A stretch of 64,000 bases of DNA. It comes from Paraspadella gotoi (lineage: Eukaryota > Animalia > Chaetognatha). The notes below the pieces were generated by a model. The model was not told the DNA's origin and did no database searches. It saw only the letters and a program-made list of their open reading frames with translations. The position numbers and the translations under genes are program-made. The stretch is taken from positions 7,631,695-7,695,694 of the forward strand of contig CM119264.1 of assembly GCA_051294375.1 (NCBI GenBank), in the 5' to 3' direction. Shown one piece after another: positions 51,120 through 64,000 of this stretch; positions within the stretch are counted from its first letter, which is position 1; every line of letters begins with the position of its first letter.

Positions 51120-52245
51120 GTCGGTTCCAGTTCCACTTGGTATTCTCTCTGCCTACGAAATCTGCGAAAAAAGGTGAGGTATTCAGGGTAACGACTCAGG
51201 TAAGTGTCTCCTTATCTCCTACAGAAATCCGAAAGTTAGACGTGAGCAACATACAGAAAAAATGAAAACTCTCTCTATATCTTTTTCTATCTTTCTCTCT
51301 TTCTCTTTTTAAATCTTTCTCTCTTTCACTCTCTCTCTCTTAGACTTTTGATAATATTTCCTTTCTTCTTTATATCTACTGCTCGCTGACCTTTTTTTTG
51401 TTATCAACGTATCTAATTGTAATTTAAAAATTACGTTATATCGAAAAGTTTTTATTAACTGATAAAAACTTATACTTTTATCTGAATTAGTTTTTATGAA
51501 ATTGGTACAACCAATATAAAAATATATAAATATATTATTTACGTTTAGTAAACTAATTGTTAATTTTCCTTTTTTCCCAGTCGAGGACGTTTTTCTATTT
51601 TCCTCCACTTACGAGTAACGACCGGCCACTTTGTTCTCTTTAAACTTTTTTTGCGTTTCGATATTTACACTCGCCTTTCTAGCTAACCTAGACCTCATCA
51701 TTACTGATAAGATATAGTAATAATAATAATAATAATAAAGTCAGGTCAGGTAAAAGCCTGAATTTAGTTTAGAGACGCCGCAGAAGCAGAATTTTCAGGA
51801 TGCAGCGTTTGTCTTTTGTTTCAAAATACAATCATAGTCCTATCCTTTCAAAAGTCGATAGAGGGCAACCGTTATCAATATTTATCTAATTTTAAAATGA
51901 ACACGATTTTAACGCAATTAGGTAAACAAAAAATTCTCGATAGGAAAAGCGAATGACAATCGACTTCAATTAATAAAAATACGTATTTAGAAAAAAAAAA
52001 CATAAGCAAGTCTACCCTCCCGCCACCGTAATCCGCTAAGCAGGGAAGGCCTAGGACCTCTGACCTAGGTACAAAAATTAACTCCCGGCAAAATATAAAA
52101 GATTTTGAACAAAGGTGGAAATTCCTAGTAACGATGTACCGTGTTCTGTCTTGCAAGGCCGACTAACTTCCGTAAGCAGGGACCGGAAATTCGTTGATGA
52201 TTGCCCATGAGACAGTGACGAATGACGATGCCGACTATGATTTTT
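51120..52245 (-). CDS. Tentative further exons (52245-52168, 52064-52016, 51703-51613, 51161-51120) of the gene below or of a neighbour
   Basis: AG/GT-bounded islands that chain in an open frame (...FRSLLTE|VRGPRPSLLSGLRWRE|VMMRSRLARKASVNIETQKKFKENKVAGRYS|FRRQREYQVELEP). The GTAAGT donor at 51612 is strong, others are weaker, and the link to the upstream exons is unresolved. Confidence 0.3.
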
Positions 52246-52458
52246 CTTGTATAACCTTTAATATCTTTTTATCGGGTTGCATTAAAAATATTAAAACTAT
52301 ATCACCAGAAAGCCCTGAAAAAATACTATTCGATTTACACTAAATTTTATATAAAATGATAAGAAAAAGCTTATAACAATTTTTTTTTTTAAATTAATTT
52401 TATTTAAAAATTTGCCAGTTGAAAAAATTTAAAAACTAGCATAGGAATGTGACTAGTT

Positions 52459-53332
52459 TCACGAATGGGTTCTTTCTGTTCTAAAAGTCGACAAAGGGTT
52501 ACGCCGTGCGACTATGATACTGCCGACGAAAAAAAAACAAACAAACCAATCCAACATTCACTTTCTAAAATTAATAACAAAAAAAATCAAACAGGATATA
52601 GCATTTTTTTATGTACTAACTTAGGACACGGCATCGCATCGATCACGATATTATGGACCCCGTCATTTAGTCTTAGGGACGAAGCCTGAATCTGTCGGCA
52701 ACACAAAAACCAGAATAAAAAAAATATATATACAATATATATATATATATATATATAATGAAATAACGAGGGAACTTGCCTTCCAGAAATCCGAATCTGT
52801 CATAGATTGTTGAGATGCCAAGTCTCGATTCTTTGCATCGCCGTGGGCGTCGTACGAGTTATTCCCAACGCGTGACGGGACGCATTTTGGCCTGACATGA
52901 ATACAAAATAATGGATAAATCACTAATGTCAAATATATCATATATTATAAAAGAATATATATAATATATATAATTATATATAATAAATAATAATAATATA
53001 TATTATATATTACAAATTATCTTGTGAGTGATGGAGGCCTTAAAACACCAAAGCCAGTCCAAAGTCAGGGACAAAATTACTTATTTATTAAATGAATGGA
53101 TAATCAAAACTTGTCGAAATCGTTTCGATTGATTTACAATTAATAAAAAGCCGAAAACTAATTCCAGCCTATTTTTGCGCAGTTATTAAACAATACGTTG
53201 ATTCGTCCGTCTCGGGTTATATTTTTTAGAAATCCCCACTACATAGAATACGTATTCAGATGAACATTTCTCCCTTAAAATTAGATTTACTATGACCAAT
53301 AATCTCTATTGTACATGGACTTACTTTGACAT
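52459..53332 (-). CDS. Four-exon small hypothetical protein (~83 aa, possibly longer)
   Basis: Exons 53332-53325, 52891-52780, 52691-52621 and 52519-52459; CAG acceptors with pyrimidine tracts; donors GTAAGT, GCAAGT and GTTAGT; all three junctions phase-compatible, giving MSKPKCVPSRVGNNSYDAHGDAKNRDLASQQSMTDSDFWKIQASSLRLNDGVHNIVIDAMPCPNIIVARRNPLSTFRTERTHS. Confidence 0.55.
53016..53104 (+). mobile_element. Interspersed repeat family A, short 3' fragment (in an intron)
   Basis: ATTATCTTG..GAGTGATGGAGGCCTTAAA...TTATTTATTAAATGAATGGA matches 14905-14990. Confidence 0.75.
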
Positions 53333-55271
53333 TGTTGCGCCGTGGCTGTTTGGAAAAGCAAGGAAAAAAACGCGAAAAACAAATATTTTAATCATGATTC
53401 TTTCGTCCAACGTCGTTTAAGTTTTTTATTATAAGTTTTGTTTTTTTTTTTTTTTTTTTTCTACCTGTATTAGTACTAATGCCGTAACGAAAAACTTTTT
53501 TTACACTTTCCAACAAACAGGTTTTAAACTTATGTGGGATTTGTACAAGCGGTTAATTACTATTTAGGTAGTGGGTGTTTTTTTAGTTTTCGGCATAACT
53601 ATTTAGCCTCATTTTCGTATTTAATTTCTTTAATGACTTTGCATGGTTTCTTCTTCTCCGATGGGTTCATAGGTGAGTAAGAATAAAGAAAGGAAAAGTA
53701 TTAAACAAACATCAACGTGAGAGCGTACAACAATAAAGAAAACATTAGGAAGACACTTGTAGAAATCAAGATAAAAATAGAGAAAGAAAGAGAAAGAGAA
53801 AGAAAGAGAGAGAAAGAGAAATCACTTTTCCTCTGTCTCTCTCTCTTTCTATATATATAATCTCTTTTTCTCTTTCTTTACTCTTTCCAATGTTCCCTCT
53901 CCTTTTCTACCATCCCCACGCAACCGTCCAATAAAATCCCGCCATAAACAACGAAGTATAAAGTCTTCCTCTTGTAATTTATTCAACGTTAAAATCCCAT
54001 AAAACCCTCGTCGGCTCCAATTAACTCATAACTGCGTCACTTTATCGCCATTTTTTTTTGTTACCTCGTTGACGTTAAAGTTTCATGCCGCCGTCATCGT
54101 GCCATCTTACAAAATGAGGCCGGAATTGCAGTGATGCGCCGTCGACGACGAAAAAATTTATGCAGGAGCAATAAATTTATTTTTTCACTGCGAGAGATTC
54201 TTTGTCTTTGCCTTTGGTCAGTTACGTTCCATTGGATTCCATTGAAAAGTGGACTAGGGTGGATAATCTCTCCTTTCGTGTCGGTTGACATTCGGGGTCA
54301 GAGAAAAGTAGGTGAACATGCGACTCCGTCGGTCGGAGGAGAAGATATTTTGTGGAAAGGGTGAGAGAAGGGCGACTGGGGTGAAGAAATAGACTCAATG
54401 ACCATTCATCATGTAGAATTATCGATTCATTCAATAAATAAAATAAATAACTGAATTTTGACAGGCTATGGTGGTTCAGACCGCCATCTCATTGACAATA
54501 TAATCCTGCAACAAAAACCAGGTAAGTCCGGGTGACAAGTGTGATTAATTAATAGGATTACTTTTGAGAATGGATTATATTTAAGCGTAACATTTTTTAA
54601 AGGAATTTATAAGTTTCACGATGCCAGTGAATTTTTTTTTTCCTTGAAATCCTTTTTATTTTTGTTCCTTTACATTTCTTTCCACGTCCCTTTCTTTTTA
54701 CAAACCTTTTTTTCATTTATATTCCTTTTTATTTTCATTTATTTTCATTCCTTTCCTTTTTCTTTCCTCGTTCGTTTGTTTCCTCCGTTTCTGTTTTCCT
54801 TTCACCTCTTTGATCTCNNNNNNNNNNCGTAAGAAAACACAAAATTTAATCCGCTTTCCGACTCTTTGCCATATTTGGTCTTAACAACTCTTCCATCGCC
54901 AATCTAATGCCGTTTCTTTTTTTAACACTCATCGTTTTAACATCGTGCCACTCCTAACACCGCCAATTGCGAGTCTGACATCAACATTATAAATGAGAGT
55001 TGCATTATTTAACTGATTCCGGTATCTGAATGTATCTACTATTCTCAGTACATAACCGTAAAATAACATCACCTCTCCAACATTTCGCCATCCCCTTCCC
55101 ATCTTTTCCCCAGCCCCAGCCCCATCTCGAATCCGACCCCGACTCAAATTCAAATTCCTACGGGCGACCAAACGTGACTGACAACAAAAGGAGTGAACGA
55201 GGGAGACCAGAAAGGAAGAAGGAGGAGGAGGAGGAAGAGGAGGAGAAAAAAGGAGGAAGGAGAATAAAAAA

Positions 55272-55577
55272 AGGGGAGGATCCGACTGAGGAATCTTAAT
55301 TCATGTGGAGACATGATGAATGTAGTTGGGAATCGGCGACGGCGAACGTTTTTATTTTTTAAAAAGGATTTTATTCTTTTAAAAAAATGAATGTAAAGGA
55401 GAATGTTTACATTAGAAGAGTTTAAATGGAGAAAGTTTTTTTAAGAAAGATATTACGTTTTGAGTAAAACGGGACAGCGTCCAAGTGGAACTGGCCGGTT
55501 GGCTTTTCTTTTTTAAAAGGGTTTATTTTTCTTGTCCAAAATATTCCGTTGACGTTAAAAATCGATATTAATCTGTT

Positions 55578-55619
<42 letters not shown>

Positions 55620-55629
55620 ATCTCTCTCG

Positions 55630-55661
<32 letters not shown>

Positions 55662-55957
55662 TCTCTCTCTCTCTTGTTTTTCTCACCTGAAATGACGAAT
55701 GGGGATGTCTATTTCTTTATTCTCTGTTAATGTGACGAGATTGCCTGGAGAGAATGTTAAACAGAGCAGAGGAGAGAAAAGAGAGACGAGGAGAGAGAGA
55801 GAGAGAGAGAGGAGGAGAGAGAGAGAGAGAGACGAAACACCGCGCACCTGACGCCACCTGTACCAGAGACGTCGTAATAATCGTTGACTCTAATCTACAA
55901 TAATGATTGCCAATCCTCTTGGCGTCTTTCCCGGGAAAGAATCGGGATGATGACATA

Positions 55958-55988
<31 letters not shown>

Positions 55989-56037
55989 ACGTAGAGAGAG
56001 AGGAGAGAGAGAGAGAGAGATGAGAGAAGAAAGAGAG

Positions 56038-56069
<32 letters not shown>

Positions 56070-56552
56070 GAGAGACAAACTCATAGAATAGGACAGAAAC
56101 AAAGGGATAGAAAAGAAAAACTACTTTGATCGAATTCAACTCAATTGGTGACATTTTTTATTTTCATTCAGTTTCATTCACTCAGTTTTCTTCACTGAGT
56201 CATATCTTAATATCTCACAAAGAGTTACATGATGATGGCAGTATATCAGTGGCGATGACGTAGATGACAGATGGGTAGGCCGACAGACAGACAGACTGAC
56301 ATTTAGATGGATAGACAAACAGGCGAGTATAATGACGAAAATTTAGACAGACTTTTCGACAAAAAAAAGGCATGAAATTCATAACAAAGAAGCGAACGTT
56401 TTACTCCCAACTGATCCGCAGAGTCGCGAAACTTTCTAAACCGAGATTGAATCATTCTCGAGGCATCTGTTTATGGTTTCTCCTTTCTTGTTTACCGTTT
56501 AATGTTTTTTTTTTTGTTTTTCCCGCGGAGAAAAAAAGAGGAGGACTCCAGC
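55272..56552 (+). repeat. 1.3-kb direct duplicate of 45660-47005
   Basis: See the partner copy. Confidence 0.9.
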
Positions 56553-57177
56553 GAGAGAAGCGACTCTTATTTTATCTCCTCTCTCCCTCCCGTTCGCCCA
56601 ACGAAGTCACTGTTGGAGGGAAGTCATAAAAAGATATATTGGGCGAATAAATGGCGACGAATATAGGAGATTTTAAAACGTTCGCACTTGACATTTTCGC
56701 CGAAACAATCATTTCTCCAATGCGGAGGAAAAAAAGTAGTTGAGAAGACTGAATATAATTCATAATTTCGTTAAATGATATTTATGTAGTATATTTAATT
56801 TTATATATTATTTATTTTATATTTTATTTGAGTCAATTTAAATAGAAGTTTCATACGTTTTCAACAACTTTTATTGTTTATATTTAAATAATGTTCGAAT
56901 ATATTGTAAAATTTTTGTATGTAAATTTGTTTTCATTATATAACTAAAAACTAGGTCGATCTAGTTGACAAGATAATTTTTTACGCTTATACATTATTGT
57001 TACTATTGAATATTTGATAAGATAATTTAAAAATAGTCAATTTCGTTAAGGACTAAGGAATATCCAACAGAGAGGCGCCCTCTTATTTTCCCATCAGGGA
57101 TTTTCTTAATTATTATAACCCAAAGCAAAACACCTTAAAATTTAAATGTATGCGTCGAATTATTAATGAGAAGAAGC

Positions 57178-57222
57178 AACGATGACGACACGACGTAGAC
57201 GATGAAGATGACGACGAATATA

Positions 57223-57277
<55 letters not shown>

Positions 57278-57375
57278 CGACGACGACGCAGGGGACGACG
57301 ACGATGACGATCAAGATGACGACGATGACGACGTCGTCTACGAAGACGAAGATGGCGACGACGACGACGACGACA
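57178..57375. repeat. (GAC)n microsatellite
   Basis: Directly visible; other arrays at 21012, 25392, 30005, 30510, 59085 and 62218. Confidence 0.95.
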
Positions 57376-58877
57376 GGATCGACGGCGCCGATTTTTTTAA
57401 ATAGAAATATGTGGAATACTTTGATTTTATTTTTTTTAATATAGAATTTTAGATTAATTTCGTTTCTAGGTACAAGAAACTTTTTTTTTGTCTCTGTTGA
57501 ATTAAATATTTTTACTTTGTAATTTAGAGATAAAAATCTACTAACGCAAGGAAAAGAAAGTTCAAAAGTTCAAAAGTCTTTGTAATTTAAAATTAATAAG
57601 AAGATATATGCTTTTTTGTGTACTAAGTACATCTCTATTTCTTTTTTTGGAGTCAAAAATCAGTCGAAGATATTTTAGATTTTGTTTAAAAATATTTTTA
57701 AGTTTCGAGCCTTAAAAAATAACTCCAAGAATCACAACAACGACAACGACAACAACAACCCCGATTACAATCGATCCGTCGTCGTCTTCGGCAACTGTCG
57801 CGTAAAATAGAGTCCGTAATTTTTAGTTAAAGCAACGAAGCTTTCTCGGGAATCTCGTTACTCTTTTCGGACTCGGGGAACTCATCTTTATCCGAACTGG
57901 AGTTTCTGACGAAGAGATTCACATTCACTGGGAATCTAAGAGGAAGGGGAGGAAGAGGAGGAGGAGGAGGAGGATGATCGAGAATATCTTAGAGGACTAT
58001 AACTCCAGCTGACGATATGGATCGAATACGAAATATATTTTGAAAAGAGAATTTACGATTTTTACGATTTTAAATTTTCATTTCGAATTCGGTGAATTTC
58101 TTCTTCTTTTTTTTCGCGATAAACAAAGACTTTGTGTTTGTGCTGCGTTAAACTATAAAAATAACTCGAGCTTCATTTGGATTATTCTTTTCCCCGTTTT
58201 AACTGAAAAAAACTTTAAAATAATCTTTTTCGTTTCTCTAAAGTCTGATTTTTTTCGTCGAAAGATCTTGGATTTAGACCCAAAAAAATATAGGAATGTC
58301 GCGATTAAAATACAGTAACCACAGTCGCTCTTCGTTTTCTCTCGTTTGGTAATTTACTAATTTTCCTAAATATCTTGACTCTCGAATTTTTGTTATCTTC
58401 CCCTAAAGGAGTCGGAATTTATCGCCAGAGGTTAAATACTGTGGACGGAATTTCTCTCTGAGGTTCGAAGTGGGACAACTTCGCACTGAATCTCGGTTTC
58501 CTCTTTTATAAAGAGAAGAGAAAGAGATTAAAGGATAACGACAAGTTTTTTTAAAAAAAGACAGGGTCTGTATGTAAAGGAATCCGTACGTGTTTCGGCG
58601 GATCAAGGGATGAAAGGAGCGAGATTATGTTTGCTTGTTAGGTGAAGGAAGGATTCCCCCCTCGCATCTCATTTGAAAAAGAAATTAAATATCAAATAAA
58701 ATAAAAGAAGGATAGTAAATTTAAAAAAATAAAAAGGAATCTCAAAGGGAAAAGGTTCTATTTAAATTGTTTTTCGCTTTATTGGTTTCGCTCCTCGTCT
58801 GTTTGTTTTTACCCGCGTTGCGTTTGGCCTCTGGTCCGATTTTCATAACCAGTAAAGAAAACAATGCTCTCTTTTCA

Positions 58878-58939
<62 letters not shown>

Positions 58940-59083
58940 AGCGCCAAATTGGCGCGGAGGTCTTGATTTTTAAAAAAAAAAAAAATAGCGATTCGTTCGG
59001 TAAACAATTAATCTCTCCCGCTGATAAATAATGGGAAAAAATCAAGATTTAACCGGAGTAAATCGAAAGGTTTCGCCGTCGGG

Positions 59084-59122
<39 letters not shown>

Positions 59123-59724
59123 CGGCAAGAAACAACAATAACAACAACAAAAACAACGACGACGAAGTCTGCTTTGCACCGTGCCGCTATTTCGAGCGTT
59201 GTGTCTCTTCAGAGAGAAAAATAAGACTTTATAAGATTACATTAAAAGTTTTTTTGGATTTAAAATATAACTACTTATCATGATCGTTAAATACTAACTA
59301 TTTACAAAATTTGGGTTCTTTCGCTTATACATTGTTAAAATAACCTTGCTCGTGATCGTTAATTACTGACTTATGATTAGTAATTGGTCTCGAGCCGGAA
59401 ATAACTTTTCCCCGTTCTCCTTTATGATATTAACTTTTTTTTAATATAAAAAAAATTTAACAATAAAAAAAGTGTATTTATTTTTCAAATTTTCGATCGA
59501 TAAAACTTTTGTTTCATCTTCGATTCTCTTCCGGTTCAGGAATCAATTAATCAAATTAATTAATTAATCGAATTAAGAAGGATTTTGGGTCCATCCTTAA
59601 TAACTCATAAGTGATAACCCAGATCTTGTGATGCCGCCACTTTTGACGGTTAAAACCCATTTACTTTATACAGCTGGAACTACTGAAAATTTTAATAAAC
59701 GACCGGAGAGAGAGAGAAGTGAGA

Positions 59725-59822
<98 letters not shown>

Positions 59823-60717
59823 TAACAAGTGTGGACGCCTCTTTGCCCAGCTCGGCCACTGAGTTCCTGGAAAGAAAAAATAATCTCCGATCCCAACAAG
59901 ACCCCAGCTGGGGAAAGGACGGGAGCTCAAGCTGCCTTCATACTCCATATTAGTAAAAATCGCAATATATTCTAAATTTAATTTAAATCTAAAATGCATC
60001 GGTTTTTCTCATCACCTCCTTTTTTTTTTTTTCTAGCCAAGAAATTATTTCGCCGGTCGAGATGTTCCTCCGGATTTGTCTTTTATGAAGAACGGCTGTA
60101 TCTCATTAAAATCCCTTTACGGATTGTCCATCTGTCGTTTTGTCAATCTTTATCAGTTCTATGCATAATCAATTTAAAACTTTTTGTAGAAAAACAGGGT
60201 ACAATATTCATGTTTGCTGTATAAATTCAGCCTCGATATAAAATATCGCGGAAACATTTCATACTTTTTCAACACATCGAAGATTGAAATTTTATCCTTT
60301 TTTCCGATGCTTTTCTTTCGAAGAGAAAGGTGGTTTCATTTTTCCAACTAAATTTCAGAGATGCGGATTCTATTGTTTTTTGTAATTAAATATTTTAACT
60401 TTATTACAATATGAAAAGGACTGAGAAAAAAAATCCTAGACTTTAAGTATCTACTTTAATTTTCTACATACTCATCAATCGACCGATCGACCCAAAACCG
60501 TTTTTACAGAGATGCGTTGCGACATCCCAAAAAAATTGAAATTTGTCGAATTAGCAAAATTATTAGCGAACATCAGGACTAATGAAAAGATACGTGGCTC
60601 CGGGCGAAAACAGATGGCAGATGCGGAATCGGTGGAACTTGGAAACGCCCGTAGCGATGTGCAAGGCGATAAATATGAGGGACAACGATGAGGAGCATGT
60701 CATTTGATATGCCTTAC

Positions 60718-60839
60718 CAAAGAAAAAAACATAATGAGACCTGCGCCAAGTGTAACCCCCCAATAATCTGCACAATTAAACGACCAATGATCACCCTGAC
60801 TCAAGGTGATGCCCAACGTGATAGTCAAGGTTTTCCTTC
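60718..60839 (-). CDS. Possible internal exon with a hydrophobic end
   Basis: CCTCACAG| GRKTLTITLGITLSQGDHWSFNCADYWGVTLGAGLIMFFSL |GTAAGG; no homology recognised. Confidence 0.25.
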
Positions 60840-60969
60840 CTGTGAGGCTCAAGGAAAAACCCAAGGTTAACGGAATTTTCTTATGCTGTAGAGACTTCGC
60901 TAACCGATGTCGAGACCTTCTTTTCTTTCAATAGTTTCTTCCGCCTATTTAGCTAATAAGGACTTTCAG

Positions 60970-61001
60970 ACTCTCTGTCTCTCTATCTATCTGTCTCTCT
61001 T

Positions 61002-61098
<97 letters not shown>

Positions 61099-61107
61099 TC
61101 TCTCTCT

Positions 61108-61145
<38 letters not shown>

Positions 61146-61146
61146 C

Positions 61147-61201
<55 letters not shown>

Positions 61202-61230
61202 CCTCTCTCTCTCTCCCCTCTCTCTCTCTT
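60970..61230. repeat. Long (CT)n array, representative of more than 30 (AG/CT)n tracts in the window
   Basis: Directly visible; its 3' flank (61225-61285) is duplicated at ~63595-63655. Confidence 0.95.
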
Positions 61231-61811
61231 TATTTTCCCCTTCATTCATCTACCAAATACTAGTGAGTAAATCTTCATTTTCTTCTCCATTTTCTCCCGT
61301 AACGTTTTCCTCTTTTCTTTCCTTTTTCTCTTTCGCGTCCCTTCAGCCAAAACTTTTCCTTTTGCTTCCATCTTTTTCTTCTTTTATGATTTTTTTTTTC
61401 TTTTTCCTATTTTCCTATTTTCTTTTTTTAGTATATCTAATATATATTTTCCCTCTTTTTAACCTTAATATTTTTGTATTTTTTTTCCCTTTTCAGTTTT
61501 TGATTTCCTCCCCGTTCATTTACCTTCCACCGTTTCTCCTCAATTTAAAAAAAAAAACTCCTAAACTTTCTCTTTTTCGTCTTCTACCATTGCAAAAGAA
61601 AATATGTTCGTGCTCTCTTTGTTATCGACATCAAAACATCTCTTTTAGCGGTTAACTTACGAGAACGCGAACCGCAATAAATAATAGTTTGCCTACTTCT
61701 CTTGATTTTACTCCGTTTTTCGGTAAAAGCCCGCTTTCTGCCGACAGGAAAAAAAAATCCTTGAATAACTTTTGAATGTTGTCGTAAAAGACAATTGAAA
61801 AGACGTATTAC

Positions 61812-61870
<59 letters not shown>

Positions 61871-62287
61871 ATAGAGAGAGAGAGTGAGTGAGTTAAAGCT
61901 TTAAAACCGCTTCCTTCTACGAATCTCGCGACCAGTATTCGTATGCTGTTTCGGACTTTAAGTGGTTTATTGAACGATATTTTCCTATGACTCTTGTAAC
62001 TTTAATTTAGATTATCTTCAATGAATTAGAATAAAATCAAACTATTTATAGTGAATCCCGACACTTAATTCTTCGGCCCGAATTATTTATTCACGAAAAT
62101 AAAACAAAACAACAACGGACGTTAATTTAAAATGTTCCGGTGCAGGTGGCGTCTTTTGGTCCGTTGGTTTCGATCGGTGATTTATCTTCATTAATCACCA
62201 TTCGCTTTTTTCGATTTCGTCGTCGTCGTCGTCGTCGTCGTCGTCTCCTACGTCGTGAGTGCGGTCATCGTCGTCGTTATCGTCGTC

Positions 62288-62301
62288 GTCGCCAAGGCAA
62301 C
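62288..62301. promoter_or_regulatory. X-box-like motif
   Basis: GTCGCCAAGGCAAC; the left half overlaps a (GTC)n repeat, so it may be fortuitous. Confidence 0.3.
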
Positions 62302-63400
62302 GCCGCTTCGTCACCTCCCACTGACGATTAACCCTTCGGCCTCGTCTGCCTTCGTTTTCCTCTTTCGACGAAAACCAAACCCTTTTTTTTTTTATTCGCG
62401 TAAGCATTGACGACAACATTGATTTAACTCGTTATTAATTCTGAGTTATTCATCAATGAAGTTGGAACTTTCACTTCACCGCGCTTTCTGCATTCTTGCG
62501 TCATATGTGCGCTCGAGCTATTTAAACTTTAATTTTATTCCTTTTTTTGTCAAGCTTGTTTCAACATTCGCGCAACACATCAGTTCTGTTGCACTTTCCC
62601 CCCCCCCTTCGATAATACATATGGCGTGACTCTCACCGATTCCATAAACCCCCAGCGCAACAAAATCATCACCCATGGCACCGAGTCTTTTCGTTGCGCC
62701 TGAAAAAAAGTCGATGCGGAACTCCGTTGGTCGCGTCGCCCTCACCCAAGCAAATTAAACCAAGCAGCTTGCCCCCAAGCCGCGAATCCAATTTTAGCAA
62801 ACATCGACGCCTCACTGGTGCTCGTGACTTTCACGCGGCTCCTCATCCCATCACTTCGAGGACTAAATCCAATAATTGAAGAAGGGAAATCCCCGGTTCA
62901 TCGGTGAGAGGACGATAGTTTTCCCAAACGGCCTTATTTTCCTTTTGTGACAAAACTCCAAGCTTCCAATCACTGGGGAATTAAATTACCCAGTTTTCGC
63001 ACTCTGATTCATCCCTGCCCTGGGCTTTGGGCAACCAATCTGCAACCAATCTGAAAGTCACACTCAATCCTTCACACTCGATTCTCCGCAGGTCAATTCA
63101 TTTCACACCAAAAGTCAATAAACTCAACCATGCCCCACTCCTACTCTCCCCCCCCCCCAATGCAAATCCTCAACTAATTAAAAACGATTTTTTTATTATT
63201 TCGATTTTTTTTTTTTGGTTTTTCTGTTATTTTCGTTTCCGCCGCAGACGCCAGCGCCGCCGCCGCTGCCGACGCCGCAGCCGCACGCACGCAACGACGT
63301 ATTTTAAATTTAATTGCGGCGTTTTTCGTTTTTGCTTTGATTCTCGTGATGTTATGATTTCGAGGTCATTCCCAATCGCTCGTTATTTTAGAGTAAAAAA

Positions 63401-63453
<53 letters not shown>

Positions 63454-64000
63454 TCTCTCTTTCTCTTTTCTTCTCTCTCTGATCTCTTCTCTCTCTTCTC
63501 TCTCTTTCTCTCTCTCTTTCTCTCTCTTTCTCTCTCTCTCTTCTCTCTCTCTTCTCTCTCTTTCCCTTCTTTCTCTCTTCTCTCTCCTCTCTCTTCTTTA
63601 TTTTACCTTTCATTCATCTACCAAATACGAGTGAGTAAATCTTCATTTCTCATCTCTTCTCTCTTTGTATATATATCTCTTTCTTGGATCGATTCAGCCC
63701 ACAGCTCCACTCAAACCAATCTTCTTCTCATCCTCCGATCCGATTTCTTAAAAATTCGGGTCAAAAGTCACGCTCTCCCTTTAATCGTGTCATTTCGCCC
63801 CAGCTCCCCTTCGCTCCCCTTTCACCCCCCTTTCCCTGCTCCTATAACCCTGCTCTTATAACCTTCCGCACTTTGTTTTTGCAACCCCGGCCTCTCGCAT
63901 CCATCGCCTTTTCATCGCCGACTCCTCCCCTATACTCTGATCACACATACCCCGACATCAGCATCCACTATCCCATACTAAAACTCAACTCAATTCCCCC

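Noticed and set aside
54464-54521. 57-nt exon-like segment with CAG acceptor and CAG|GTAAGT donor
   Set aside because: It is a decayed copy of repeat family A and does not join the upstream donor at 54361 in an open frame. Exonisation is not excluded.
59826-59866. ELSGRAGQRG resembling SF2 helicase motif VI
   Set aside because: Spacing and residues deviate from QxxGRAGR, all three frames are open, and no other helicase motifs are nearby.

Overview
Eukaryotic (almost certainly invertebrate animal) draft-scaffold sequence, not prokaryotic. It is AT-rich, saturated with (AG)n, (GAC/ATC)n and (TTTC)n microsatellites, and has short spliceosomal introns. About a quarter of the window is uncorrected long-read gap filling: five gaps of exactly 25 N are flanked by insertion-rich direct or fold-back copies of neighbouring sequence, so most ORFs in the track are noise. 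The best-supported gene is a two-coding-exon CD225/dispanin (PRRT/IFITM-like) gene at 24.9-26.0 kb (-). A phase-consistent small multi-exon orphan gene with a micro-exon and a GC-AG intron lies at 51.1-53.3 kb (-), and there are several weaker small-gene candidates, one behind an RFX X-box. Mobile DNA includes an LTR-like end followed by an unusually long (40 nt) CCA-containing tRNA-Leu copy, Helentron/DINE-1-like non-autonomous elements, a five-copy family resembling a Penelope GIY-YIG 3' end, and a tRNA-derived SINE. The most intriguing unexplained signal is a ~110-250 nt strand-biased, possibly pseudoknotted RNA-like island at 36.7 kb. I found no convincing novel multi-gene system.
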